64,000 bases of DNA. It comes from a virus. Each line of letters starts with the position of its first letter. Position 1 is the first letter of the stretch. Where the stretch lies: the IMG/VR virus record IMGVR_UViG_3300047284_000228, positions 1 to 64,000 of that record. One strand, written 5' to 3'. A program made the translations under genes and the position numbers. Shown here in pieces: positions 1-8,906 of the stretch. The notes below the pieces were generated by a model. That model was given only the letters and a program-made list of their open reading frames with translations. It made no database searches and was not told the origin of the DNA.

Positions 1-81
1 AATATTTAGATTTTTAAGGATATTAGAACATAGATATGTTCCTGATTTAGGCTGGCTTATGATTATGCATCTCACAGGATA

Positions 82-318
82 TCAATCCTCGTCTTCGTAA
101 TAATCTTCGTCGTCCTCGGCAGCGTCGTCTCCGTCCATCACATAGTCGAGTGCGTCATCTAGGTATGGATCGATTCCCTGCAATCCTTCTAGTATAGAAG
201 TTTTTATGCCGTGGTCTAAAAGTGTGTTTACATAATCAGCAGCAACATCTTTACGATATTTTTCTGGAATGTGTTCAATCACTACACTCCAAAGATCTGC
301 AATTAAATCTTCTTTCAT
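82..318 (-). CDS. Small acidic hypothetical protein downstream of uvsX
   Basis: 78-aa ORF overlapping the uvsX stop (ATGA); acidic C-terminal tail; no family recognised. Confidence 0.75.
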   Translation of the reverse strand: MKEDLIADLWSVVIEHIPEKYRKDVAADYVNTLLDHGIKTSILEGLQGIDPYLDDALDYVMDGDDAAEDDEDYYEDED

Positions 319-1394
319 TCAGAGGTCTCCAAGGTTGGTGTAACAGTATTAGTTATCTCAGTTGAAGGTTTTTCATCGACTTTTGAAAAATCTACCATGA
401 CAACATCTAAACACCCACCTTCATTACGTTCCCACTCTTTACGATATAGTTTTACGATTTCGCCATCACTGGTAACGTAGGCTAACCTATTGCCGTCTTT
501 CTTTAGAAGATTTTTTGCTTCTGCTAGATCGACCAAACCGCTATAAGGATTCATACCTGTTTCGTATGGAATCTTGACCTGTACTGATTCAAAAGGCTTG
601 GCATAGCGTGTCTTCATGATCTTACAGGCAGCACGGATACCTTTGACTTCCGAAATCTTATTACCATCCTCGTCCTCTTTGAGCTTGAGTTTCTTCATAG
701 CAACAACGATACTTGATGCATAGATAAAACCCTGGCCGCCTGAAATTTTATCATCGGGATCAAACATGTCTTGACTTGCGTATGTATGATTAGTTGCTAC
801 CAATCCAACATTGGCTGAACCGAACATGTTTACACAGTTACGAACTAGTGCTGTCAATGCCTTGGGCTTACGACCCATGTCACCTTTTAGATCGCCTGCT
901 TCGAATTGATTAACATCTGTTGGAGTCAGCAGCATGCCTAGGCTGTCAATGATAAACAATACCTTAGGACGATCTTCTTCCGGCATGGCCTTATACTCGC
1001 CCATGAATTCATTGATGGTCTTGGCCACATCGTCGATCATGGCCATGTTGAGCTTGAGAAGTTTTTCTTCCGAAGTGTCTACACCTAGAGCATGTAGCCA
1101 TGCTTCGTCGAGAGCATTCTCGCTGTCAACTAACACAACAAAAATACCTTGCTCTTGTGCATGACGTACTAGATTACCGGAACAGATATATGACTTACCT
1201 GCACCAGATTCACCTGCAAACACAGTGACCTTGCCCAGAGGAACGCCCTTATGGAAGTCTCCGCTGATAAGATAATTCAAGGCATAGTTGCCTGTGCTGA
1301 CCCAATCTGTAGGATCGTTGAAACCAATACTAAGACCTTCAATGTTCTTAGTAAGGCTTTTTCTAAATTTACTTACATCGAATGCCTTGGCCAT
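315..1394 (-). CDS. uvsX: RecA-like recombinase (T4 UvsX family)
   Basis: Walker A GESGAGKS, VDSENA, Walker B IIDSLG, NHTY and SGGQGFIYASS motifs; close to gp32. Confidence 0.95.
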   Translation of the reverse strand: MAKAFDVSKFRKSLTKNIEGLSIGFNDPTDWVSTGNYALNYLISGDFHKGVPLGKVTVFAGESGAGKSYICSGNLVRHAQEQGIFVVLVDSENALDEAWLHALGVDTSEEKLLKLNMAMIDDVAKTINEFMGEYKAMPEEDRPKVLFIIDSLGMLLTPTDVNQFEAGDLKGDMGRKPKALTALVRNCVNMFGSANVGLVATNHTYASQDMFDPDDKISGGQGFIYASSIVVAMKKLKLKEDEDGNKISEVKGIRAACKIMKTRYAKPFESVQVKIPYETGMNPYSGLVDLAEAKNLLKKDGNRLAYVTSDGEIVKLYRKEWERNEGGCLDVVMVDFSKVDEKPSTEITNTVTPTLETSE

Positions 1395-1395
1395 A

Positions 1396-1596
1396 TTACT
1401 TTCCTGCCTTTGGTGAAACTACGATGTCATCACGACCGATTGCCTTGAGCCATGTATTCAATCTATTAATGATTACAGAATCATCTTTAGGATTGTCAAA
1501 TCTGATATCAATGTCTGCGACAGTGTCACCGCTTTGATCTTCGCGGCTATTGTAGCTCAATGAAAAGTTTTCGTTAATTTTTATAGATCTTGCCAT
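1396..1596 (-). CDS. Hypothetical protein (66 aa)
   Basis: AGGAG Shine-Dalgarno upstream; fills the gap between gp32 and uvsX. Confidence 0.7.
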   Translation of the reverse strand: MARSIKINENFSLSYNSREDQSGDTVADIDIRFDNPKDDSVIINRLNTWLKAIGRDDIVVSPKAGK

Positions 1597-1619
1597 TATT
1601 ATTCTCCTGAAGTGAAGAA

Positions 1620-1654
1620 CCCGGACGATGAGAACTACGTCTCAGAGGTCCGGG
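1620..1654 (-). terminator. GC-rich hairpin after gp32 (weak terminator or processing site)
   Basis: CCCGGAC/GTCCGGG outer stem and TGAGA/TCTCA inner stem, followed on the minus strand by TTCTT. Confidence 0.5.
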
Positions 1655-1663
1655 CCGTGTTAA

Positions 1664-2650
1664 TTATTGCTTTTGACGATTGCGAATCATGGCAAGAATG
1701 TCTTGCGCACGACTAGCACTTTCTCCGGCTGCTGCTGGAGCGGCCGACGGCGCTGCCTTAGGAGCAGTGGCCACTGGTGCCGGTTCGTCATCACTGTCTT
1801 CATCTACTGGAGCAGGACGAGCTGTTGTCTTGGCAACAGGATCACCTGTGGCAGCACTCATGCCTGCTGGCTTGAAGTATTGACCCCAACGTTCCATGTC
1901 ATAGGCTTCGCCGTCAACAGAAGCTTCAAACATTTCTTTCATGACCTTGAGTTCAACATCAGTTGGCTTCTTGGGCAAGAAAGCTGACAGATCAAAAAGA
2001 CCATGAGCTTCGATAGCTGCCTTTTCTTGATCAGTTAGAGCACGTTCACGACGACTCCACTTAGAAGTAGAATAGTCAGCAAAGCCACCTTTTGATGTCT
2101 TAGCGATACGGAAGTCAACACCACGGAGGTAGTCGGTTGGCAACTCTTCCAACTCTGGATCCATTAGTGCTGAACGGATGATTTGATAGATCTGAGGACC
2201 GATGATAAATCTACGGATAGGATTATCTGGTGTCGTATCTTCTTTGAGAGGATCTTCAACAACGAAACCTTGGAAGATGTATGAACGTTTCTTCCAATAC
2301 TTACGACCCATTTCTTCAAGGCTCTTGTCCTTGAACCAACCACGTACTTCTGAAAGGATTGGACAGACCGAACCATCGTTGTACATTTCAACGCAGGGCA
2401 CCTGTACCTGTACCTGACGGCTATCTGTTTCGCCTTTGATACCTGCGAACGGCAATTTGATCATTGCTCGTTCTACCCAGAAGAATGTGTTGTTGGTGTT
2501 GCCATCAGGCAAGAACCGTACCACGGCTTCTTTGCCTTCCTGCATGTTCCAATGTGGGTAAATTGCGTTGTCTCCACCGCCGGTGGATTGTCCTGTGGAC
2601 TTTGATTGTGCTTCTTGAAGTTTCGCACGAATTTCTGCTAATGTTGCCAT
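1664..2650 (-). CDS. gp32: Single-stranded DNA-binding protein (T4 gp32 family)
   Basis: AVVRFLP, CPI, YWKKRSY, GVDFRIAK...GGFADYSTSKW motifs; acidic Ala-rich tail; AAGGAGG SD. Confidence 0.9.
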   Translation of the reverse strand: MATLAEIRAKLQEAQSKSTGQSTGGGDNAIYPHWNMQEGKEAVVRFLPDGNTNNTFFWVERAMIKLPFAGIKGETDSRQVQVQVPCVEMYNDGSVCPILSEVRGWFKDKSLEEMGRKYWKKRSYIFQGFVVEDPLKEDTTPDNPIRRFIIGPQIYQIIRSALMDPELEELPTDYLRGVDFRIAKTSKGGFADYSTSKWSRRERALTDQEKAAIEAHGLFDLSAFLPKKPTDVELKVMKEMFEASVDGEAYDMERWGQYFKPAGMSAATGDPVAKTTARPAPVDEDSDDEPAPVATAPKAAPSAAPAAAGESASRAQDILAMIRNRQKQ

Positions 2651-2708
2651 TTTATAGCCTCCTTATGCCTTTATGTAAATGACTTTGTATGCCTATCGCA
2701 TAACACTT

Positions 2709-2737
2709 ATTATGCGCTTTTTATTTAGCAAATGCAA
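2709..2737 (-). promoter_or_regulatory. Composite gp32 promoter: sigma70-like with embedded late TAAATA box
   Basis: TTGCAT (2737-2732) -N17- CATAAT (2714-2709); TAAATA at 2727-2722 in the spacer. Confidence 0.55.
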
Positions 2738-2772
2738 ATATTTTCTTTTCAAATATGATCAGATATTTCTCC

Positions 2773-2799
2773 AAAAAAAATCCACGGATTAACCGTGGA
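2773..2799 (-). terminator. Rho-independent terminator
   Basis: TCCACGG/CCGTGGA stem (2781-2799) followed by T8 on the minus strand. Confidence 0.8.
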
Positions 2800-3103
2800 T
2801 TTCTCTGTATCTTATCAAAGCTAATTGTCTAGCTAAGAATAATCTCCATCGTACATACTCGGGGAGATCGTCTTCCTCATCGAATTGTTCTAATTCTGGT
2901 CTACTATAACCTCGATGCACGGCATCGTCAAATACCAGTTCGATATCACAGTCGTCGAGACTTAGAACAATAACTCGATGTGGATTACTTCTTAGTAGGC
3001 TCGGTTTTTTTGACTTCGCTTTTTGCAGGCTCAGCTTTCTTTTCAGCGGGTTTAGCTGCTGATGCTGGTGCTGCGGCTGCGGCTGCGGCTGCAGGCTTGG
3101 CTT
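2789..3103 (-). CDS. Unannotated open frame (+1 relative to 2985-3191) with no usable ATG/GTG/TTG start
   Basis: Manual translation: 104 stop-free codons ending ...RSNPHRVIVLSLDDCDIELVFDDAVHRGYSRPELEQFDEEDDLPEYVRWRLFLARQLALIRYREIHG-stop; the stop lies in the terminator loop. Confidence 0.5.
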   Translation of the reverse strand, partial: KPSLQPQPQPQHQHQQLNPLKRKLSLQKAKSKKPSLLRSNPHRVIVLSLDDCDIELVFDDAVHRGYSRPELEQFDEEDDLPEYVRWRLFLARQLALIRYREIHG

Positions 3104-3191
3104 CTACTTTCTTTTCTTCTTTCTTTGCAGGTGCTTGTGCAAAGGCGGATACTGCGAACAATGTTGCTACTAGAGCTAGTACTGATTTCAT
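2985..3191 (-). CDS. Small secreted Ala/Lys/Pro-rich protein
   Basis: Sec-type signal peptide MKSVLALVATLFAVSAFA|Q with A-x-A site; low-complexity mature region; AAGGAG SD. Confidence 0.8.
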   Translation of the reverse strand: MKSVLALVATLFAVSAFAQAPAKKEEKKVEAKPAAAAAAAAPASAAKPAEKKAEPAKSEVKKTEPTKK

Positions 3192-3292
3192 ATGAAATCT
3201 CCTTTTGAGTTAACGAGAGCGAAAAATTGCTCTGCGTAAGTATATAACGCCTTAGCCCCACGGATAGTTGATATATTTGGCTAGATGCATAT

Positions 3293-3323
3293 AAGAAAAG
3301 GCACCAAAGTGCCTTTTTCTTTT
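3293..3323. terminator. Bidirectional Rho-independent terminator
   Basis: AAAAGGCAC-CAAA-GTGCCTTTT with A/T tracts on both sides, just after the 626-aa gene. Confidence 0.8.
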
Positions 3324-3336
3324 GAATATAAATTTT

Positions 3337-5217
3337 TTAGATCTTAGCCAATTCTTTGATACGAGCCAATTCTGCCAATTCTGGATTTTGTTCTGTGGTC
3401 TGTTGTGGTGCCATACGCTCTACAAATTTTCTTGCAACGTGTTCTGCCTGTTCACCAAACTTTTTGCCTACCATTGTGCAAACGCCTTCTGGACCTTTGG
3501 GAAAACTGTTCGAATCTCTATCGTAAAACGATGTGATAAATTCGGCTAATTCTTGAACATCTAATTGTTCGCTGCCTTCACCCTTATAAGTTCCTGCACG
3601 TTTTTGAAAATCTCTTTTATATCTATCGTCATGTTTTTTTGTATCAGGTAAACGATATTTGTCTGTGCCTTTACCTCTGGCGCTAGGTGGTAGATCGTAG
3701 TCATCTGCCTTGTCATATTCTGGATGCTTTGGATCGCTGGCTTCTACAGGCTCTTCACCGGTATCAGCCACGGCTGCATCGTCTGTCTGTGCAGCATCAT
3801 CTGCTGGCTCTTCGACAAAGTCACCAAAGTCTAATTGATCTACAACTTCCGGAGCATTATTTTCTAACCAGTCTTTGACAAGACCTCTTACACAGCTATC
3901 AGGATCTTCCTTGCTTTGCTCTTTGATCTGTTTGAACAATGCAGGATCGTCAATGATGCCTTTGAGACTTTCGATAGCGTTGGTACCGTCTACACCAGCA
4001 GGAAAATGTTGTCCGACTAATTCTTGTAATTTTTTAACTGCCTGTGCTTGCTCTTCGCTGTCATCGCTGGCGATAGCCGATTCTTCTCCTAGACGCATGA
4101 TCCAAGATTCAAATTTTTCAAAAGGATCGTCAGATTCGTCTATTTCAATCTCATCGTTGACATCTTCGTTAGTGGTCATCGCGACTATGTCGTCATAGCC
4201 TATGGTATTGTCTTCCTGCATTAAACGGAATAGAACTGGAAAAACTGATTTGATATCTTCTTTAAAATTCTTTACTGTAAATTGTTCTGTATACTGATTT
4301 ACTATTTCATCAGGAACTTCTGTTTGTTCTTCTGCCTGGAAATTTTCTTTGTATGCTTCATAGTGACCTTGTTTAGCCAATGCCTTGATTTGTTCTCTTA
4401 GGCTGTCTAGATAGTGTGAACTTCTTTCGACTATGTTATTGTTTTCTGTGTTCATCAAATCATTACGAACTACATAATTACCGAAGCTCTTTAGTGCAGC
4501 GATCTCTTCGCTCATACGGATGATGCTCTTGCCAATTTCGTCATAAGGAACACCGCCGTTGGCCACATGTCGCTGCATGGCACGAGCACCTGCTAGATGA
4601 ATGAAAGGATACTTAAATCTTTCACCGTCTTGATTTTCCACGAACAGCGCAGAAATATTTCTAGTTCTGGCACCAGGTTGGCTGTCGTCTGTGAGAGCCT
4701 TGCTGTGTTTGATAATCAATCTTGTGTCCATCAATTTTTGATAGCTCATAGTGCTGCTACCATACATCGTGCTTTCGCTGACGTTCATTTTATTTTCTCC
4801 AACTGGTTTTACTAGAGTATTAGCCTGCGGTTTCTGAGGTTGATTATGTTGGCTCAAAAAAGCGTAGTCTCTCTTGTCTAAATTATCTTTTGCGATGTCT
4901 CTCGTGTCGAAACTCATCAATCTTCTCTTGGCAAACTGACGTAGCTCTTTTAAAAATCCGTACCAATTTGTCTTTTGATTTCCATCCATGCTTTCAGTAA
5001 TGCCTGTACTGAAGTAAACTTTCATAGAATTTGGTTCTGCAAGACTGATGCTGACGTGCCCTATAGGGGTCTCGCCTTCCATATAGTCAAAGTCAAAGAA
5101 GCGAGCCTCTTCAGGATTGATGGTGATTTGACCCATCGCGTCGCCTAGTTTTAGGCCCTGAAATCTGCTTCTAACTTTATAAAATAAATCTGTGGCAATG
5201 TTGTTTGTTGCGTCCAT
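3337..5217 (-). CDS. Large acidic hypothetical protein, possible internal head protein
   Basis: 626-aa ORF next to the terminase; late TAAATA box; C-terminal ELARIKELAKI resembles the gp22 C-terminus. Confidence 0.75.
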   Translation of the reverse strand: MDATNNIATDLFYKVRSRFQGLKLGDAMGQITINPEEARFFDFDYMEGETPIGHVSISLAEPNSMKVYFSTGITESMDGNQKTNWYGFLKELRQFAKRRLMSFDTRDIAKDNLDKRDYAFLSQHNQPQKPQANTLVKPVGENKMNVSESTMYGSSTMSYQKLMDTRLIIKHSKALTDDSQPGARTRNISALFVENQDGERFKYPFIHLAGARAMQRHVANGGVPYDEIGKSIIRMSEEIAALKSFGNYVVRNDLMNTENNNIVERSSHYLDSLREQIKALAKQGHYEAYKENFQAEEQTEVPDEIVNQYTEQFTVKNFKEDIKSVFPVLFRLMQEDNTIGYDDIVAMTTNEDVNDEIEIDESDDPFEKFESWIMRLGEESAIASDDSEEQAQAVKKLQELVGQHFPAGVDGTNAIESLKGIIDDPALFKQIKEQSKEDPDSCVRGLVKDWLENNAPEVVDQLDFGDFVEEPADDAAQTDDAAVADTGEEPVEASDPKHPEYDKADDYDLPPSARGKGTDKYRLPDTKKHDDRYKRDFQKRAGTYKGEGSEQLDVQELAEFITSFYDRDSNSFPKGPEGVCTMVGKKFGEQAEHVARKFVERMAPQQTTEQNPELAELARIKELAKI

Positions 5218-5229
5218 AGTTGTATTTAT

Positions 5230-6816
5230 TCAAAAACCGCTGCTGACGAATATGGGCATGGGCAGCTGATCTTCCGTGAGTTTATCCGTCATTTTTTCAT
5301 AGATCTTAGGATCCCAGTCGCTGAGAATGTTGGCCATGCGCATGATCAGCAGGACTGCGGCAACTAGATCGTCGTGTTCGCCCTTTTTAGCATTAAAACC
5401 CACACCTGTAGCCACAAAGGTCTTGAGCTCAGATACTAGAGGTTTACTGTAAATGGACATTTTTTTAGTTTCAAGTAAGTGTTTGAGTTGACTACAGGCT
5501 AAAATCTTAGACTTGTGTGTGGTGTTAAATCCTTTGCGGAATCTACGCACATGCCCTTTACGTATAGGCTCTGATAAGAAAAGACCAGGAATATTTTCTT
5601 CTCCTAGGTTCTGTATGCAGATCAATGCACTTTCACCTACTGTATTGTTTTCCACAGAATAATAGATCTGCGGGTGACCACCTTTTTCTTCGCCTGTGGT
5701 TTTAATGTAATTACAGATGTCTCTGAGATGTTTGGTTTGTGTCTGTACTGGAGTTAGATTGTGCCTCCACTCTGCGACCTGTTCCATAGTGGGCATTTCA
5801 AATACTTGAATCGCTGCGTAATCTCCGCCTGTGCCTAGACTAGGATCTAGAGCTACTAGATATGTAGCTCTCGGATCGATGTCTTTATACCAACGTGTTT
5901 GACCCATGGTCATGATCGGGTCAATGCCCTTCATGTCGGCAAGTTTTACTGCATTGATTAGGGTTTCATCAAAGATCAAGAATTCACAGTCAAATTCTCT
6001 ACGGAATCTTTCGTCACCGATCTTAGCACGTTCGACCTTGGCCCAATTTTCATCTCGGTCCGGATGTTCATTCCAGTGTGCGAAATAGGGGAAGAACCCA
6101 TTAACACCAAGAGATTGTTCGTTACCGTACTCGTCAAACTTGTTGTTAGCCTCAGTCCAGATCATAGCGAATTGATCTTCGTCCGAGTTTGGTGTGGATG
6201 TGATAATACACTTACCACCTGTGGACAGTGTAGGCGATAGGGCAGTCCAGAACTCTTTGGCTTTCTCTGGGGGTTGCACAAACGCAAACTCGTCGCAGTA
6301 GATTAAAGAAAGAGATTTACCACGACCGGTGTTTTCTGTGGTTGTAGTAGCCTGTATACGAGACCCATTATCGTATTCAATGGTATTTCTGTTATAGCTG
6401 TGTACACCTGCACGAATAAAGTCTGGTAAATTTTCATAACCATAACGATAACGGTTCATGATATCCTGTGCACCTTCGTATTTGTGAGCAGCGATCAATA
6501 CCTGTGCTTCTGGAACAAACATGGTATACCACAATAGATAGCCTGTGGCACAGGTAGTTTTGCCCATCTGGCGAGGTAACATGGCAATGGTCTGTTTATT
6601 GTCGTGATAGGCCTGTAATAATCTTTCTTGATATTCGTAGGGTTCAAATTTAATAGCGCCACGTGTAGGGTGTTGTATTTTTAAAAAGTTCTTACAGAAA
6701 TAAAGAGGACCGTCAACAGGGTCCAAACATTTTTCCAAATGCTCGATTTCTTCAAGTGTGTATCGATCTTTTTTATGCGCCTTTTTGATCAGGACGCCAT
6801 CTAATGATTTTGCCAT
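5230..6816 (-). CDS. gp17: Terminase large subunit
   Basis: PRQMGKTT Walker A, IYCDEFAF Walker B, ITSTPN, LDPSLG and HDDLV nuclease motifs. Confidence 0.95.
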   Translation of the reverse strand: MAKSLDGVLIKKAHKKDRYTLEEIEHLEKCLDPVDGPLYFCKNFLKIQHPTRGAIKFEPYEYQERLLQAYHDNKQTIAMLPRQMGKTTCATGYLLWYTMFVPEAQVLIAAHKYEGAQDIMNRYRYGYENLPDFIRAGVHSYNRNTIEYDNGSRIQATTTTENTGRGKSLSLIYCDEFAFVQPPEKAKEFWTALSPTLSTGGKCIITSTPNSDEDQFAMIWTEANNKFDEYGNEQSLGVNGFFPYFAHWNEHPDRDENWAKVERAKIGDERFRREFDCEFLIFDETLINAVKLADMKGIDPIMTMGQTRWYKDIDPRATYLVALDPSLGTGGDYAAIQVFEMPTMEQVAEWRHNLTPVQTQTKHLRDICNYIKTTGEEKGGHPQIYYSVENNTVGESALICIQNLGEENIPGLFLSEPIRKGHVRRFRKGFNTTHKSKILACSQLKHLLETKKMSIYSKPLVSELKTFVATGVGFNAKKGEHDDLVAAVLLIMRMANILSDWDPKIYEKMTDKLTEDQLPMPIFVSSGF

Positions 6817-6830
6817 AACTATATTTAATG

Positions 6831-6858
6831 AAAAAAATAGGGCCTTACGGCCCTATTT
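6831..6858 (-). terminator. Rho-independent terminator
   Basis: AAATAGGGCC/GGCCCTATTT stem, GTAA (GNRA) loop on the minus strand, T tract. Confidence 0.85.
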
Positions 6859-6872
6859 GGTATTTTACTCGA

Positions 6873-7229
6873 TTATGACAATGTTAACGATGTAGCTAGA
6901 GTTACGTCTGTACCTGTAACATCGATACTGTTCACACCCACTGCTGTGCCCATGTTACGGATTCTTGTCTGTAATTCGCTGGCACTACTAATATTTTTAT
7001 CCATTACCACATAGATAAGACCAGTTCCAGCATCGACTACAAAAAATGCCAATGGATTTAATTCTTTGACAATGTATTCTACTGCTTCGTCTACTGCATC
7101 ATCTTCTGCACGTAGATCTCTGTTAGAGTTAGCTGCGTTCTGCACTTGGATAACAAACATATTGCAGTTGTCCATGTACAAGGTACCGACAGTGTTGCGT
7201 AGACCATTTACTCTGGTAAAAGCTCCCAT
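6873..7229 (-). CDS. Hypothetical protein, likely virion-associated
   Basis: 118 aa; AAGGAG SD; start overlaps the upstream stop; late region. Confidence 0.7.
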   Translation of the reverse strand: MGAFTRVNGLRNTVGTLYMDNCNMFVIQVQNAANSNRDLRAEDDAVDEAVEYIVKELNPLAFFVVDAGTGLIYVVMDKNISSASELQTRIRNMGTAVGVNSIDVTGTDVTLATSLTLS

Positions 7230-7888
7230 TATTTCGCTCCTTTAGCTTCGGTTAATCTTCTCATTAGATCTGCACGAATCTGTGCTCGAAGACTAGTAGA
7301 TTCTGTAGCCATTGGATTGTCACCTCTATAAGGCTTATCACTGTAACTCTTCTTAGGTTTATTTAGATCGTTACCGTCTGGAATAGCTGCATCTAAACCT
7401 TTGAGTTCTGGCTCAGCACCGTCAGCGGGTGTGTTTCCAAATGCTTCGTCTTTGTCTTTTTTCTTTTCCATGTCATGGTCTCCCATGTCATGATCGCCAT
7501 CGCCGTCACGATCTAGGCCTTTGATTTCTGGACCTTCATCGCCATCCGGCTCGTCATGTGGCTCATCGCTTAGATCCGGTAACATCTTCAATGGTGGCAT
7601 GCTAGGTTTGATGCTCATAATGCTAGGCTCTGCACCCATAGTAGGCAAAGGCGGTAGATCAGGCTTATTCATATCAGGGTTGACCTTGGCCACTAGTTTC
7701 ATTATCTGTTCGATATGATCCATACCTTGAGCATTTAGATTAATGCTTAGGCTAGGATGTGCAGGAGGAGGTTGATCCATAGGAGGTTGCGCTGCCATCG
7801 GACTCATGCTTGGAGGAGGCATGCCGCATTCTTCTCCTACTGGTTGATCCAGCTGCTGCATCTTTGCTAATAATTGTTGAAAATCCAT
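7229..7888 (-). CDS. Low-complexity Pro/Asp/Met-rich protein, possible internal head protein
   Basis: 219 aa; DRDGDGDHD (DxDxDG-type) loop; GGAG SD. Confidence 0.7.
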   Translation of the reverse strand: MDFQQLLAKMQQLDQPVGEECGMPPPSMSPMAAQPPMDQPPPAHPSLSINLNAQGMDHIEQIMKLVAKVNPDMNKPDLPPLPTMGAEPSIMSIKPSMPPLKMLPDLSDEPHDEPDGDEGPEIKGLDRDGDGDHDMGDHDMEKKKDKDEAFGNTPADGAEPELKGLDAAIPDGNDLNKPKKSYSDKPYRGDNPMATESTSLRAQIRADLMRRLTEAKGAK

Positions 7889-7892
7889 TTAA

Positions 7893-8405
7893 TTAACTCC
7901 CTAAGGCGCTTTTAGCACCTGCTTTATCTGTTTTGGCCTTAGGCAGCTTGTATTCTGTCTGCACACCGTCTTTCTTTCTTTGCTTGGCGGCCTTGTCTAA
8001 ATCTTTTAAAAATCCCTTGTTAAAATCATCACCGAAATAATCTTTGTGCTTGACATTAGCATCTTGTACAGTATCTTCTTCTAGATCGGGCTCGTTGCTG
8101 CCGCGGATCTTAAAACAGCTTTCGTCAATACCAACTGATTTCATGTCGTTGGCTAATTCGGGCACAGTGATCGGATATTCGCAGACTACTTCAAACATGT
8201 GTACTTCACAGTTTTTAAGACTAGGAAAATCCATGGGTTGAGCCTGTATAGGTGTAGAATTAATTTTGCTTAGTTTTGATACTTTGCAACGTTCTAGGCT
8301 AGACTTTAGGCTGTCAGTGAAAGATTCAGGTAATTCGCCCGCAACTTTGATTTTAAAGCTGTAGGTTTTCTGGCTTTCAGCAAGGTATTGTTTAAAAGTT
8401 TTCAT
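7893..8405 (-). CDS. Probable internal head protein
   Basis: N-terminus MKTFKQYLAE resembles the T4 capsid-targeting sequence MKTYQEFIAE. Confidence 0.65.
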   Translation of the reverse strand: MKTFKQYLAESQKTYSFKIKVAGELPESFTDSLKSSLERCKVSKLSKINSTPIQAQPMDFPSLKNCEVHMFEVVCEYPITVPELANDMKSVGIDESCFKIRGSNEPDLEEDTVQDANVKHKDYFGDDFNKGFLKDLDKAAKQRKKDGVQTEYKLPKAKTDKAGAKSALGS

Positions 8406-8413
8406 AGTAGTAT

Positions 8414-8899
8414 TTATTCCTTTTTGCTTAATTTTTTAAGCAGCTCGTTACGATCGCTGATCACATAACCTTGCCCGTTTATGATATTATCGTTTGAGTC
8501 TTCGTTGTTGTCTTTGTCTATCTTGTATTTTTTCAGCTGTAGATCCACAGCCTTGAGTTTTCTATCAATTTTGGCAGCTTTGGCATCAATGGCGTTTTTC
8601 ATCATTGTACCCGCTACTTCAAATATCCTACCTGCATAACGAACTTCAACATTCATGCCAAGATCCATTAGATCGTCGTAGGCATCTTCTGCTTTCTTAG
8701 AAAGTGCATCTAGCTCTTGTTCGTCTAGCGTATCTAGCTCTTTTATCGCAGGCAGATCTTGGGTGATCTTAGCTACAGCCGCATAGCTTTGATCAAGGCT
8801 TTTTACTTCTTCGTGCTCTTTGATCTTAACTTCTTCTACCTGAACAGCATCGGGTTTAGAATCTTCTAAATTAAATAATTCTTCTAGCTTTTTAGTCAT
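8414..8899 (-). CDS. gp16: Terminase small subunit (gp16-like)
   Basis: Helical core with RIFEVAGTMMK (compare gp16 RAYEVAGQLIK-type motif) and C-terminal DRNELLKKL. Confidence 0.65.
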   Translation of the reverse strand: MTKKLEELFNLEDSKPDAVQVEEVKIKEHEEVKSLDQSYAAVAKITQDLPAIKELDTLDEQELDALSKKAEDAYDDLMDLGMNVEVRYAGRIFEVAGTMMKNAIDAKAAKIDRKLKAVDLQLKKYKIDKDNNEDSNDNIINGQGYVISDRNELLKKLSKKE

Positions 8900-8906
8900 A
8901 CTGTAC

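Noticed and set aside
3052-3261. 69-aa minus-strand ORF overlapping the secreted-peptide gene
   Set aside because: Alternative-frame Ser/Arg-rich read of Ala codons with no SD; the 68-aa frame has both an SD and a signal peptide.
315-6816. Inteins or introns in uvsX or the terminase
   Set aside because: Both proteins have normal length and uninterrupted motifs.
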